This document shows, piece after piece, positions 10,463 through 20,129 of a DNA stretch of 64,000 nucleotides (the first letter of the stretch is position 1; the number at the start of each line of letters is the position of its first letter). The notes beneath the pieces are model-generated. The model was not told where the DNA came from and ran no database searches. It was given only the letters and a program-made list of their open reading frames with translations. The stretch is from contig OY820579.1 in assembly GCA_963681965.1 (NCBI GenBank), positions 2,720,001 to 2,784,000 on the forward strand, written 5' to 3'. Source of the DNA: a bacterium. Lineage in GTDB: Bacteria > Electryoneota > JAOADG01. Position numbers and translations under genes: made by a program.

Positions 10463-10840
10463 AGCAATCTAACTAACAAACTGTCCAGGAAAACGGGACC
10501 ACTTCATTGAGTGAGTGTAATACGTCAACTGAGACGTGATTTTGATCGTGTCGATGTTTTACGATTAATCCTCATTGAAAAACAACATTCATGAATACTA
10601 TATCCCACTAACGAAACTTTACGTGTTTTTTTACTCATTCTACTGTTGAATATTTTGTGAAGTGATGATGCAATATCACTGCGACAGGGAGGCAGAGGTG
10701 AACACTAAAATTATAATATTATTGTTCTCAATCGTTAGTGCGACGTTCAGTTTACAGTCCTGCAAAGACAATTCGTCCCCAACTTCAGTGCCAACCGTCG
10801 GGATACTGATCTGCCCCCATTATTTGTACCAGTGTCTATG

Positions 10841-11716
10841 TCACACTGGTCTCATTCCTGCGTAGCGTAGCGGAGCAGGAATGAGTGGTAACTCTGTTTC
10901 CGGTGCCGGCGGCAGATAGCCCAAAGAGCTGTGCGGTCGAATCGTATTGTAATGGTGCCGCCATTGTTCGATAATCACCTTTGCTTCCAATATGGTATCA
11001 AAGATTTCACCCTTCAGCAACAGTTTCAACCGACAGTTAAAACTTTCGATGTATCCGTTTTCCCACGGGCTGCCAGGCGTAATAAACAAGGGTTGCACAT
11101 CAACCCGGGGCAGCCACGCTAGTACCTCATTCGCCGTAAACTCAGGGCCATTGTCACTACGAACATGAATCGGTGTACCTCGTACTACAAACAGTTCTTC
11201 CAGTACGCAAAGAACATCATCCGCCTTGATCTTCCGGGCTACCAGGATCGCAAGGCATTCCCGGGTGTATTCGTCCATGATCGCAAAGATCTTGAACGAA
11301 CGACCATTCGACGTATGCCACGTGACAAAGTCGAAGCTCCAGACATGATCCGGATGTTCCGGACGTAGACGGATGCAGGAACCATCATTCAGCCACAGTC
11401 TTCGACGCTTCTTCTGCTTCTTCGGGACCTTCAGTCCGGACTGTCGCCAGATCCGTTCCACCCGTTTGTGGTTTACCCGCCAGCCGATGTTACGGATCAT
11501 CGCCGTTACGATCCGGTAGCCATACCCGCCATACTGGCAAGCCAGAAATACCACCAGCGAGACCAACGGGCCTTCGTCGGCACGACGAAGCGGTGCATAC
11601 CGGTGACTCGTTCGTGGTTCGCAAAGAACCGTACAGACCCGTCGTTCCGAGACCCGATCAATGCCCAGCGAATGGCGAACAGTAAGCGCAGTCTCGCGAC
11701 GCTTCGCCGGGCACAC
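10841..11716 (-). CDS. IS3 transposase OrfB
   Basis: SERRVC, YGYR, VNHKRVERIWR, WSFDF, DEYTRECL, RSDNGPEF, PGSPWENGYIESFN. A G-GGA-AAA slippery site at the end of orfA puts it in the -1 frame. Confidence 0.95.
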   Translation of the reverse strand: MCPAKRRETALTVRHSLGIDRVSERRVCTVLCEPRTSHRYAPLRRADEGPLVSLVVFLACQYGGYGYRIVTAMIRNIGWRVNHKRVERIWRQSGLKVPKKQKKRRRLWLNDGSCIRLRPEHPDHVWSFDFVTWHTSNGRSFKIFAIMDEYTRECLAILVARKIKADDVLCVLEELFVVRGTPIHVRSDNGPEFTANEVLAWLPRVDVQPLFITPGSPWENGYIESFNCRLKLLLKGEIFDTILEAKVIIEQWRHHYNTIRPHSSLGYLPPAPETELPLIPAPLRYAGMRPV

Positions 11717-11991
11717 TATTTTCCCTTGAGAGCCTCCTGCAGGATCTCTTTGTCCAAGGTCAGATCAGATACGACCTTCCGAAGACGGCCATTCTCGCGT
11801 TCCAGTTCCTTCAAACGCTTCGCCTGATCCAGCTTCAAACCACCGTATTCCTTGCGCCAGTGGTAGTAAGTATGTTCCTGGATGCCCAACTTCCGGCAAA
11901 CTTCACGGACGCTCATCCCCTTCCCAATCTCAACTTCCGCTTCACGAAGCATCGGGATAATCTGCTCCGCAGTTCGCTTCACTCCACGCAT
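11716..11991 (-). CDS. IS3 transposase OrfA
   Basis: EQII..LREAE, VCRKLGI...TYY.WRKEYGG, KRLKELERENGRLRK. Confidence 0.95.
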   Translation of the reverse strand: MRGVKRTAEQIIPMLREAEVEIGKGMSVREVCRKLGIQEHTYYHWRKEYGGLKLDQAKRLKELERENGRLRKVVSDLTLDKEILQEALKGK

Positions 11992-12853
11992 GAAAACCTC
12001 CCATAAAAGGTACTACTCTGACATAGAGAGTGGTACTACTTTCGGGGGCTAGATCAATACCAACCGATGGACTTATGGCATACTATCGATTCGATGGTAA
12101 TATTGGCGATTCGAGTGGAAATGCTCATCACGGTACCCCTACAAATATATCCTTTGTGATCGATCGGTTTGGCGATACCAATAATGCAGTATCCTTTAAC
12201 GGTTCTTCTAGCAGTATCGAAGTAGGAAATTGGTTTCGTGAGCCGTATTTCTCAATCTCATTATGGGTCAAATCTGGAGCAACACAGAACTCTTGGGCGA
12301 ATATCGTGGAAAATTTCCATAACAGCAATCACGATGGGTCTTCGTCAAGTTTCAATACCCAAAGTATGCCGAACCAACCCAACTTGATTGATTTTGGAGT
12401 AGCTGTTAATCCCGCAGCAGCAAGAAGCACTCGTGTTCAACTGACTGCAGATGTCTGGCAGCATGTTGTCTTTATCAAAGATAGTTCAATGACATTAATC
12501 TATTTGAATAGTGCACTTGTGGATACAGCCGCCAATGTCGGTCCTACGGTTTATAATGGAAATGAGCAGCTGGGGTTTGCGCGCTGTTACTACTATTCAG
12601 CTCGACATTGGAATGGAGTGATGGATGATGCAAGAATCTACCGACGTGCTTTGACATCTGCCGAAGTAGCAGCTCTTTATCATGAAAAAGGGTGGCATTA
12701 ATGGACGAGAAACTGCTGTAATCTAGCGGTGAATCGAATCCGATATACCGATTTGGGTGATTTAAGTGATTACATAACAAATGATAGGGACATCAATCTA
12801 CCATCTATATACTTGTTCTGTAAAATCCTGTTCAATGCAGTATCTTATCCCTG

Positions 12854-14077
12854 ATGTCGATAACACCCGAATCAAAAACTCAAACCATTTTACGGAATCC
12901 ATCCTTTCTACGATTGTGGCTTGGACGGATCGGCATCTCATTTGCTTATCAGATGGAAGGTGTAGCCGTCGGTTGGCAAATGTATGCATTAACCAACAGT
13001 ACCTTTTACTTGGGTTTGGTTGGTTTGGCGCAGTTTTTACCGATGGTGGCATTAACGTTGGTCGTCGGACAAGTAGTCGATCGATTCGACCGAAGAAAGA
13101 TCTTACAAGTTTGTACCCTGATTGAAGCAACCTGCGTAGGTGCCCTCGCATTAGGTAGTAACCAGGGCTGGTTGAATGCGCACTTGTTGTTATTAATCGT
13201 GGCTGTAATTGGTGCTTCGCATGCCTTTGAAGGACCTGCTCTGCAATCACTCCTTCCGGGAATTGTTCCGCGTGAATTATTCCCAACCGCAGCAGCGATG
13301 TCAACCTCCGCAATGCAGACGTCAAGTATTATCGGACCTGCCATTGGTGGTTTCCTCTACACAATTAGTGCCTCAGTTGTTTATTCGGTTTCAGCAGGAT
13401 GTTTTTTACTCGCCAGTGTAATGGTATTATTGATCCGATATGATCGAACGACTGTGATGAAGGAACCTGTTAACATCAAGTCGATATTCGCTGGAATTCA
13501 CTTTATTTGGAGCAAACCAATTGTACTAGGTGCTATCTCACTGGATTTGTTTGCGGTATTGTTAGGTGGTGCGACGGCACTGCTACCGGTTTATGCCAAG
13601 GATATCTTACACACCGGACCGATGGGATTAGGGTTGCTTCGGTCTGGACCAGCGATTGGAGCGCTTCTTACCTCGGTGTATTTAGCTCGACATCCAATTC
13701 GAAGTCAAGTCGGAAAAATTATGTTCGTTGCAGTGATCGTATTTGGTATTGCTACCATTTTATTCGGTTTATCCACCTCATTCATTCTTTCCTTAATTAC
13801 ACTTCTAATCTTGGGCGGCTCGGATGTGATTAGTGTTGTCATTCGACATACATTGGTTCAATTGGGTACTCCTGATGAAATGCGAGGTCGAGTAAGTGCA
13901 GTTAACTCGCTGTTTATTGGTACTTCCAATCAACTTGGTGAATTTGAATCAGGGATTACTGCTGCAATTTTCGGTGTAGTGCCTGCAGTGGTGATCGGAG
14001 GACTTGGAACTATTGTTATCGTATTTACTTGGATGAGATTGTTCCCATCGCTGAAAAATGCCGACACGATTACTTAA
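12854..14077 (+). CDS. MFS transporter (MFS_3/EntS-like)
   Basis: About 12 hydrophobic segments. GQVVDRFDRRK motif, LDLFAVLLGGATALLP, TPDEMRGRVSAVN, SNQLGEFESG. Confidence 0.92.
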   Translation: MSITPESKTQTILRNPSFLRLWLGRIGISFAYQMEGVAVGWQMYALTNSTFYLGLVGLAQFLPMVALTLVVGQVVDRFDRRKILQVCTLIEATCVGALALGSNQGWLNAHLLLLIVAVIGASHAFEGPALQSLLPGIVPRELFPTAAAMSTSAMQTSSIIGPAIGGFLYTISASVVYSVSAGCFLLASVMVLLIRYDRTTVMKEPVNIKSIFAGIHFIWSKPIVLGAISLDLFAVLLGGATALLPVYAKDILHTGPMGLGLLRSGPAIGALLTSVYLARHPIRSQVGKIMFVAVIVFGIATILFGLSTSFILSLITLLILGGSDVISVVIRHTLVQLGTPDEMRGRVSAVNSLFIGTSNQLGEFESGITAAIFGVVPAVVIGGLGTIVIVFTWMRLFPSLKNADTIT

Positions 14078-14291
14078 GCGTAATCTAGGTTTACCTACTT
14101 ATTTAGACTTGTTTTACCTATTCAATTCGAACATGATGTGAAGGATCGGCAACGCATATGAAAATATAATGTTAATTGTGACAATTGTTTGTTAATATTC
14201 ACAATGAAGATTAAATTGTCTATTTAGAAACAAACCCAATATTACCCGATTGCTATTCGATATGTCACGAACCATCCAACGGACAGGTGCC

Positions 14292-17200
14292 ATGACTAAT
14301 CAAATGAATGCGATACCAGCTTCTAAGATTACTTTCCTCTCGACCGATATCGTCAACTCATCTGGAATGTGTCGAATTCTGGGTGATACCGACTACAAAG
14401 AGAACCTATACGATCCTCATTGGAAAATTCTGCGTGAGTGCCTCGATCTGCATCATGGGGAATTTTATGAGAATAAAGGGGATGGGCTACTTGCCACATT
14501 TTCCGATGTGAACGATGCAGTGGCTTGTGCCGTTGAGATGCAACAGCGTCTGAACAATCCACTTATCGAATTCAAACAGCAGCGGATCGCGGTAAGGATC
14601 GGAATTCACTGTTCGGAAACAGCATTAACTCCCGATTCCGACGGAAAATATCGTACTGGTGAATTGAATTATGTTTGCCGAATCGAGTCGATTGCAAATG
14701 GAAGCCAAATTCTGTTATCTGAAAACAGTGTTTTATTACTAACAAATCGTAATGAATTTTCCTGGTTGGAATGGCACAATCGCCGAATTAAGAGCTTCGA
14801 CGATTCACCTGTGACTGTATTTGAATTGTTGTGGAATGGGCAGTCGCGCGGTACTCCCGGTTCTTCCTGGGCACCAGATTGGTTTGTCGGCGATGTAAGT
14901 GAGTATGTTGCGCGATTCGAATTGGAAAAAAGCATCATCGACGCCTTCGGCCGAAAATCTTCCAAACCTTATCGGATGGTCACGCTGCATGGAAGTGGCG
15001 GTACTGGCAAAACACGACTAGCGCTGACGACTGCAGTCAAAATGGCAGGATTGTTCGAGGGACGGGTTCATTTTGTCACTTTCCATCAGAAACCGGGTGA
15101 GACAACCGACTGCGGTGCATTACTCCTACAAGAACTCCGAACTACGCTGGGTTGTGAAGATTCCAAGCAAGAAACGGTATTGATTGCATTAACGCAACGG
15201 GGAAATGCGTTGTACTTGATTGACAATTACGAATCAATTGCCGACCCCTCCGCACAAGAAGTTTTGGTCACAATTCTTCAGCGAGTGAAAGATGCACACC
15301 TGTTGATCACCGGACAAAAGAAAGTTGAATTACCCGATTCGGAATATGTTATTGAATTGGAAGAAGGGATGACGTCTAGCGAAGGGATTGAACTATTTTT
15401 TAAACGAGCAAGAAATGTGTATCACGATTGGCAACCGACAGACGAAGAACTAGAATTAGTTAAGCACCTTGTTCAACTAGTCGAATATGTACCGATACGA
15501 ATTGAATTTGCAACCGCCTGGTTGCGGAAACGCGATCTGAAAACAATCGTGAATGATCTGGTGATTAGCCCTCTGGGTAAGTATAGTGCTCTTCCTTCCG
15601 GAAGCCGGTTAGCCGCGACAACGCGAACGCATCATCAATCTTCGGAGTTGTGCCTTCAATACACTAGTTCGATGTTATCCGATACACTTCGCTTTAATTT
15701 CTATCGATTGGGTCTGTTCGGAGGTTCATTTTCAACTGAAGTTATCGAGCAAGCTTGTGGAGTCGAAGATGCTGAAGAATTAATAGACGCTTTAATCGAT
15801 GCAAGTTTGATTTACCGCTTCGGTAATCCACGCGAGTACCGCTATACGATGCATCGGTTAACTTCAAGTTACTGTAATCGAAAACTACGTGAAATTGATA
15901 ATTGGAAGGATATTGCAGGCAATTTCATTCAGTATTATGCGGCGCATTCAAAAGATTTCTGTGAAGAAGAAGTGTTAAAAATTCCTGATAGATACTTGAC
16001 GATTCAGAATGAGTGGTTGAATCTGAAAAGTGCATCAATACTTGGAATTGAGCTAAATTCGCTTGAAGATACAGTCTCTCTTGCGCGTAATCTTTATGTA
16101 TTCATCGGGAAATCCGAATTGTTTTCCGAAGGTGTGGAATTGTACGAGATGTTTCTGAAGTGGTATGACCGGATTGAGAATCAGGATCTTTCTGTAATCG
16201 CACTATTATTAGATCATTATATCGATGCACTTTGTGCAATTGGCAATTTTCCAGCTGCAATCGGTCATTTGAATCGGCTCTTTGATCTTGTGAAATCTCA
16301 AAATGGTGTCGATTCAATTGAGTACTTAAATATCGTTGATAAAATGATCGCTGTTACCACCGAATTAGGCAATTTTGAATCACAAATGAAGTTTATAATG
16401 ATTGCAAAAGAGCTTATTGAGAAACGCTTCGGAAAAGAACACTATCGATATGCGGATATTCTATGTAGTCTAGGATCAATCTGTAATAATACGGGTAAGT
16501 ATGCCGATGCTGAAGTGCATTTGTTGGATGCAAAAAATATTGCCGAACAATGTCCCGATCCATCCGGCAGATCGTTGGCAAATATCTTACTCTGTCTCGG
16601 AATGTTGTACGATTGTACAGGAAGATTTCTCGAAGCGATCCCGATATTTGAAAAAGCAGTTGCACTTTCCGATCAAATGGAGGTGAAGCGAATTAATTTT
16701 CTCGGAACCGCACTTAGTCAATTGGGTAATTCTTATCATCGTACGAATCGTAGCGAGGATGCTGTCAAATGTGGCGAACGTGCCTTGTCAATGCTCGAGC
16801 AGCAATTTCATGGCGATCATCCGAATCTGGTTTCGATCCTGAATAACTTGTCAGGTGGATACGAAGGAGTGGGACGTATCGAGGAAGGTGAACAATGTCT
16901 GAAACGCGCACTAGCGATTAACATCCGGTTCTTCGGTCGAAATCACAAGTTCACTCCGGTGATTACCAACAATCTTGGATACAACTTGTTGCGACATCAC
17001 AATGTCGAGGAAGCGCTAGCAACTTTTCAAGATGCTCTAAATCTCATGACAGAGATTTACGGTCCCGACTTTTCAGGTTTGGCTATTGCGATGAATGGTA
17101 TTGGTATTTCATTATTTCATCAAGGGAAATTCTTGGAAGCCGAAACGACTTTTAAAAAAGCAGTCGAACATCACGAGCGTACAGTAGGTCGGATCCATCC

Positions 17201-17495
17201 ATTTACCGCCAATATGTTTACCGGTTGGGGACGAGCATGTCACAGTCTCAAGCGGTTTTCGGAAGCTGAGCGACACTTTCAAGCAGCGTTAGAGATACGC
17301 GAGCAGATCTTCGGCAAAGACGATCAATCGATTATTTCGAGTTGTTGTGAATTGGCTGAGATCTTAATTCCGCAAGGAAATGCTAACGAAGCACGTGCAT
17401 TATTCGAACGCGCGTTACAGATCGTCGAGTCTAAAATGGGGCGCGATCATCCTGAAGCAATGCGAATTAAAGAACAAATTGATCGATTGAATTAA
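14292..17495 (+). CDS. class III nucleotidyl cyclase - STAND (NB-ARC-like) ATPase - TPR protein; start could be 14250 or 14262
   Basis: Cyclase motifs TFLSTDIVNS, KGDG, VRIGIH, NYVCRIE, GSQILLS. Walker A GSGGTGKT and Walker B YLIDNYE. About 10 kinesin-light-chain-type TPRs (G..HP....LNNL). Confidence 0.9.
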   Translation: MTNQMNAIPASKITFLSTDIVNSSGMCRILGDTDYKENLYDPHWKILRECLDLHHGEFYENKGDGLLATFSDVNDAVACAVEMQQRLNNPLIEFKQQRIAVRIGIHCSETALTPDSDGKYRTGELNYVCRIESIANGSQILLSENSVLLLTNRNEFSWLEWHNRRIKSFDDSPVTVFELLWNGQSRGTPGSSWAPDWFVGDVSEYVARFELEKSIIDAFGRKSSKPYRMVTLHGSGGTGKTRLALTTAVKMAGLFEGRVHFVTFHQKPGETTDCGALLLQELRTTLGCEDSKQETVLIALTQRGNALYLIDNYESIADPSAQEVLVTILQRVKDAHLLITGQKKVELPDSEYVIELEEGMTSSEGIELFFKRARNVYHDWQPTDEELELVKHLVQLVEYVPIRIEFATAWLRKRDLKTIVNDLVISPLGKYSALPSGSRLAATTRTHHQSSELCLQYTSSMLSDTLRFNFYRLGLFGGSFSTEVIEQACGVEDAEELIDALIDASLIYRFGNPREYRYTMHRLTSSYCNRKLREIDNWKDIAGNFIQYYAAHSKDFCEEEVLKIPDRYLTIQNEWLNLKSASILGIELNSLEDTVSLARNLYVFIGKSELFSEGVELYEMFLKWYDRIENQDLSVIALLLDHYIDALCAIGNFPAAIGHLNRLFDLVKSQNGVDSIEYLNIVDKMIAVTTELGNFESQMKFIMIAKELIEKRFGKEHYRYADILCSLGSICNNTGKYADAEVHLLDAKNIAEQCPDPSGRSLANILLCLGMLYDCTGRFLEAIPIFEKAVALSDQMEVKRINFLGTALSQLGNSYHRTNRSEDAVKCGERALSMLEQQFHGDHPNLVSILNNLSGGYEGVGRIEEGEQCLKRALAINIRFFGRNHKFTPVITNNLGYNLLRHHNVEEALATFQDALNLMTEIYGPDFSGLAIAMNGIGISLFHQGKFLEAETTFKKAVEHHERTVGRIHPFTANMFTGWGRACHSLKRFSEAERHFQAALEIREQIFGKDDQSIISSCCELAEILIPQGNANEARALFERALQIVESKMGRDHPEAMRIKEQIDRLN

Positions 17496-17528
17496 TCTCC
17501 GACGATAAATCTGGTAATGATCGATTCG

Positions 17529-17571
17529 AAATAATATTGGGGCAGTATCATCGACTGCCCCAATATTATTT
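17529..17571. terminator. bidirectional terminator hairpin between convergent genes
   Basis: aaataatattggggcagt-N7-actgccccaatattattt, a perfect inverted repeat. Confidence 0.8.
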
Positions 17572-17587
17572 ACAGTATTCAGAAAGT

Positions 17588-19813
17588 CTATCGATTTTCC
17601 TTTTTGAGTGAATGCCCTGTTATCAATCCAAAGACAAAGAGTACCAATGCGATTGCTCCAAGAGCGAAAATCGTATCGCCGAACACGCGCGACCACTTAA
17701 AGCCCTGCATCACCGGTGAGCCAAGAAATTCGGCACTTCGCGCATACCAATATCCGTATTTAACTGAAGCGTATGTCTGTAGCAACCCAACCGGTAATAA
17801 TGAAATTGTTACCATGGCAAACAGACCTATGTTCATCGCCCAAAATGAGAACTTGAGCAATTTTTCATTCCATTCTTTTTGCACATAGAGCACTCGGAGG
17901 CAGAACAACATCAAACCGATGCCGAGCATCCCGTAAACTCCGAATAGAGCCGCATGACCGTGTACCGGTGTAGTGTTCAATCCCTGCATATAGTAGAGCG
18001 CGATTGGCGGGTTGATCATAAATCCAAATAAACCTGCTCCAACCATATTCCAGAAAGCGACTGAAATGAAATAATAAATCGGATACTTGTATTTGGATGC
18101 CCATGGAGTTGTGTGAGACAATCGGATGTTATCCCAAGCTTCAAAGCCTACCAGTACTAACGGTACCACTTCGAGTGCGCTAAATACCGATCCAAGTGCT
18201 AATATTTCGATCGGTGTTCCGGAAAAATATAGATGATGCAATGTTCCGATGATTCCACCAGCGAGGAAGATGGTGGATGAGAGAACGATCGATCGATTAG
18301 CCGATTCGATTTTGATTAATTGCAATCGTGCAAACATGAATGCGATTACCACTGTGGCAAATACCTCGAAAAAACCTTCGACCCAAAGGTGTACAACCCA
18401 CCACCGCCAATATTCGGCTATGGCGAGATTTGTGTGTTGTCCCCAAACCAATCCTGCCATGTAAAATGCACCGATGGCAATTCCCGAAATCAGGAAGGTA
18501 ATGAGGATCGGTCGTTGAGAATCGCGTCGTTTAATCGCAATCATAACGTTTCGACCAACCAGATATACCCATAAAACCAACCCGATCGTAAGGAAAATTT
18601 GCCAGAAACGTCCTAAATCAACGTATTCATACCCTTGGTGACCAAAATAGAACGCGGTTGTCCCGGTGATTTTATGGTGCACACTCATCGCTTCGCCAAC
18701 CATCGATCCTACAACGATTAGCAGCAATGCAGAGAACAGAAAATTGACTCCGAACCGTTGCCATTTCAATTCGACACCACTCACAACCGGCGCGATATAG
18801 AGACCGGCAGCAAGCCAAGCTGTAGCAATCCAAAAAATACCGAGCTGAACATGCCAGGTTCTTGACAATACATACGGAAGCCATTTCGCTAGTGGAACGC
18901 CGTAGAATCCATTTCCCTCGACACCAAAATGCGCTGTGATGATACCAACGAGTATCTGAACCAAAATCAGTCCCGATACGACCCAAAAGTACTTAATTAC
19001 TGCCTTTTGAGAAGGTGTGGGAGTAGCTAAATACAGTGGATCCGCTTCGGGTAATTTCGAAGGGATTGGATCGTGTTTTTGCGAAGCATTGTACCAAACC
19101 AATCCGCCGATACCAGCCAATAAAACGATAATGCTAACTCCCGTCCATACAATCGAACTCGGTGTTGGATGGTTGTCGACCAAATCCTCGTGAGGCCAAT
19201 TGCTGGTGTATGTCATCTCCTGCCCCGGTCGGTTAGTAGTAGTAGCCCATGCCGACCAAAAATAAAACGCGGTAAGTTCGCGTAGCGCTTTGTGATCGGT
19301 TAGTGCACCTTGGGGAATGGAATATTTATCGTTTCCATCGGTGAAAATATGAGCATAATATCGAGACAATTCTTCGAACGCGGCAGCACGGATGGAATCG
19401 ATTGTTAACGTACCTGTAGTTGCATCGAAGGTATTTTTTCTCATCATTTTGGATAAGCGTGTTTGTAACACAGCTCGTTGTTCATCATTTATTGATGTAT
19501 AGGGTTGATTGAAACTCGATTTTGCCCAAGCATCGAGAATGAACATGCATTCTCGATGCAACCAATCAGCCGACCAGTCTGGCGCAATGTAACTACCATG
19601 TCCCCAAACCGATCCTAGTTCCATTCCACCCATGTTCTGCCAGACATTCTGTCCAGTCTCGATTTCCTGCTGGGTGAGAATTACTTTGCCATCAGGAGTA
19701 ACCACTTTTACCGGAATTGGAGGGTGTTGTTGATAGATCTGGACACCTGCCCAGCCCAGAACAATGAAAGAAATCAAGATCACTAGCGTAAATCCAATCC
19801 AAAGCTTTTTCAT
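17588..19813 (-). CDS. norB: quinol-dependent nitric oxide reductase (qNor, long-chain NorB/NorZ)
   Basis: GSVWGHGSY.APDW, YTSNWPH, RTWHVQL, QGYEYVDLGR, WRWWVVHLWVEGFFEVF, GTLHHLY, ALEVVPL, HGHAAL. Confidence 0.95.
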   Translation of the reverse strand: MKKLWIGFTLVILISFIVLGWAGVQIYQQHPPIPVKVVTPDGKVILTQQEIETGQNVWQNMGGMELGSVWGHGSYIAPDWSADWLHRECMFILDAWAKSSFNQPYTSINDEQRAVLQTRLSKMMRKNTFDATTGTLTIDSIRAAAFEELSRYYAHIFTDGNDKYSIPQGALTDHKALRELTAFYFWSAWATTTNRPGQEMTYTSNWPHEDLVDNHPTPSSIVWTGVSIIVLLAGIGGLVWYNASQKHDPIPSKLPEADPLYLATPTPSQKAVIKYFWVVSGLILVQILVGIITAHFGVEGNGFYGVPLAKWLPYVLSRTWHVQLGIFWIATAWLAAGLYIAPVVSGVELKWQRFGVNFLFSALLLIVVGSMVGEAMSVHHKITGTTAFYFGHQGYEYVDLGRFWQIFLTIGLVLWVYLVGRNVMIAIKRRDSQRPILITFLISGIAIGAFYMAGLVWGQHTNLAIAEYWRWWVVHLWVEGFFEVFATVVIAFMFARLQLIKIESANRSIVLSSTIFLAGGIIGTLHHLYFSGTPIEILALGSVFSALEVVPLVLVGFEAWDNIRLSHTTPWASKYKYPIYYFISVAFWNMVGAGLFGFMINPPIALYYMQGLNTTPVHGHAALFGVYGMLGIGLMLFCLRVLYVQKEWNEKLLKFSFWAMNIGLFAMVTISLLPVGLLQTYASVKYGYWYARSAEFLGSPVMQGFKWSRVFGDTIFALGAIALVLFVFGLITGHSLKKENR

Positions 19814-19892
19814 ACTTCCACCTCAGTTCATCTAAAAACTTGTTATAAAGACGTGTTCACAAATATGGTACGTCCCGATAACAAATGTTTTT

Positions 19893-19906
19893 TTGATGAA
19901 TATCAA
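19893..19906. promoter_or_regulatory. FNR/DNR/NnrR-type box upstream of qNor
   Basis: TTGAT-GAAT-ATCAA matches TTGAT-N4-ATCAA perfectly, 80 bp upstream of the norB start. Confidence 0.8.
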
Positions 19907-20047
19907 AAATGACCTAAGGTGTTAATACCCATGATAGTGCTGAATTGGTTTTCAATAGAGTGAGCAGGAAGAAGGGTAATTATTGTCATCGATTAATCGT
20001 CGAGATATTACGTATACTTCGTGATGCGATCAATTCTTGAGAATACA

Positions 20048-20088
20048 AAACGACCGATTTATTCGGTATTTCAATAAATCGGTCGTTT
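20048..20088 (-). terminator. rho-independent terminator of the S8 protease gene
   Basis: aaacgaccgatttatt-N9-aataaatcggtcgttt. Confidence 0.75.
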
Positions 20089-20129
20089 GATTGAGGATAT
20101 TCAAGACTGAATAAAAATCGAATCAGCGA

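Larger units (their letters stand above)
9214..10506 (-). mobile_element. IS3-family element type B, copy 1 (1293 bp)
   Basis: Ends TGAGGTGGTACCC...GGGACCACTTCA (TG..CA imperfect IRs). 3-bp target duplication TTG at 9211-9213 and 10507-10509. Contains orfA and orfB. Confidence 0.95.
10807..12056 (-). mobile_element. IS3-family (IS407-like) element type A, copy 1 (1250 bp), intact
   Basis: IRs TGATCTGCCCCC / GGGGGCTAGATCA. 4-bp TSD ATAC at 10803-10806 and 12057-12060. Confidence 0.95.
10698..12701 (+). pseudogene. LamG/concanavalin-like lipoprotein gene interrupted by IS3 element A
   Basis: The 5' part 10698-10806 (GGGAGG RBS, lipobox LQSC) joins in frame with 12061-12701 once the IS and one ATAC copy are removed: ...PTVG-IPTDGLMAYYRFDGN...WQHVV...MDDARIYRRALTSAEVAALY. 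This gives 750 nt, 249 aa. Confidence 0.9.

Noticed and set aside
12798-13344. Antisense ORFs over the MFS gene, and the many other short shadow ORFs in the track
   Set aside because: They fully overlap well-supported genes on the opposite strand or in another frame, and have no motifs.
14188-14204. Rex/CRP-like palindrome TTGTTAATATTCACAA upstream of the cyclase
   Set aside because: The spacing fits neither the Rex (18-bp) nor the CRP (N6) consensus.
17588-19813. NO dismutase (Nod)
   Set aside because: The canonical qNor residues are intact (HLWVEGFFE, HH, RTWHVQ, LEVVP), without the substitutions typical of Nod.
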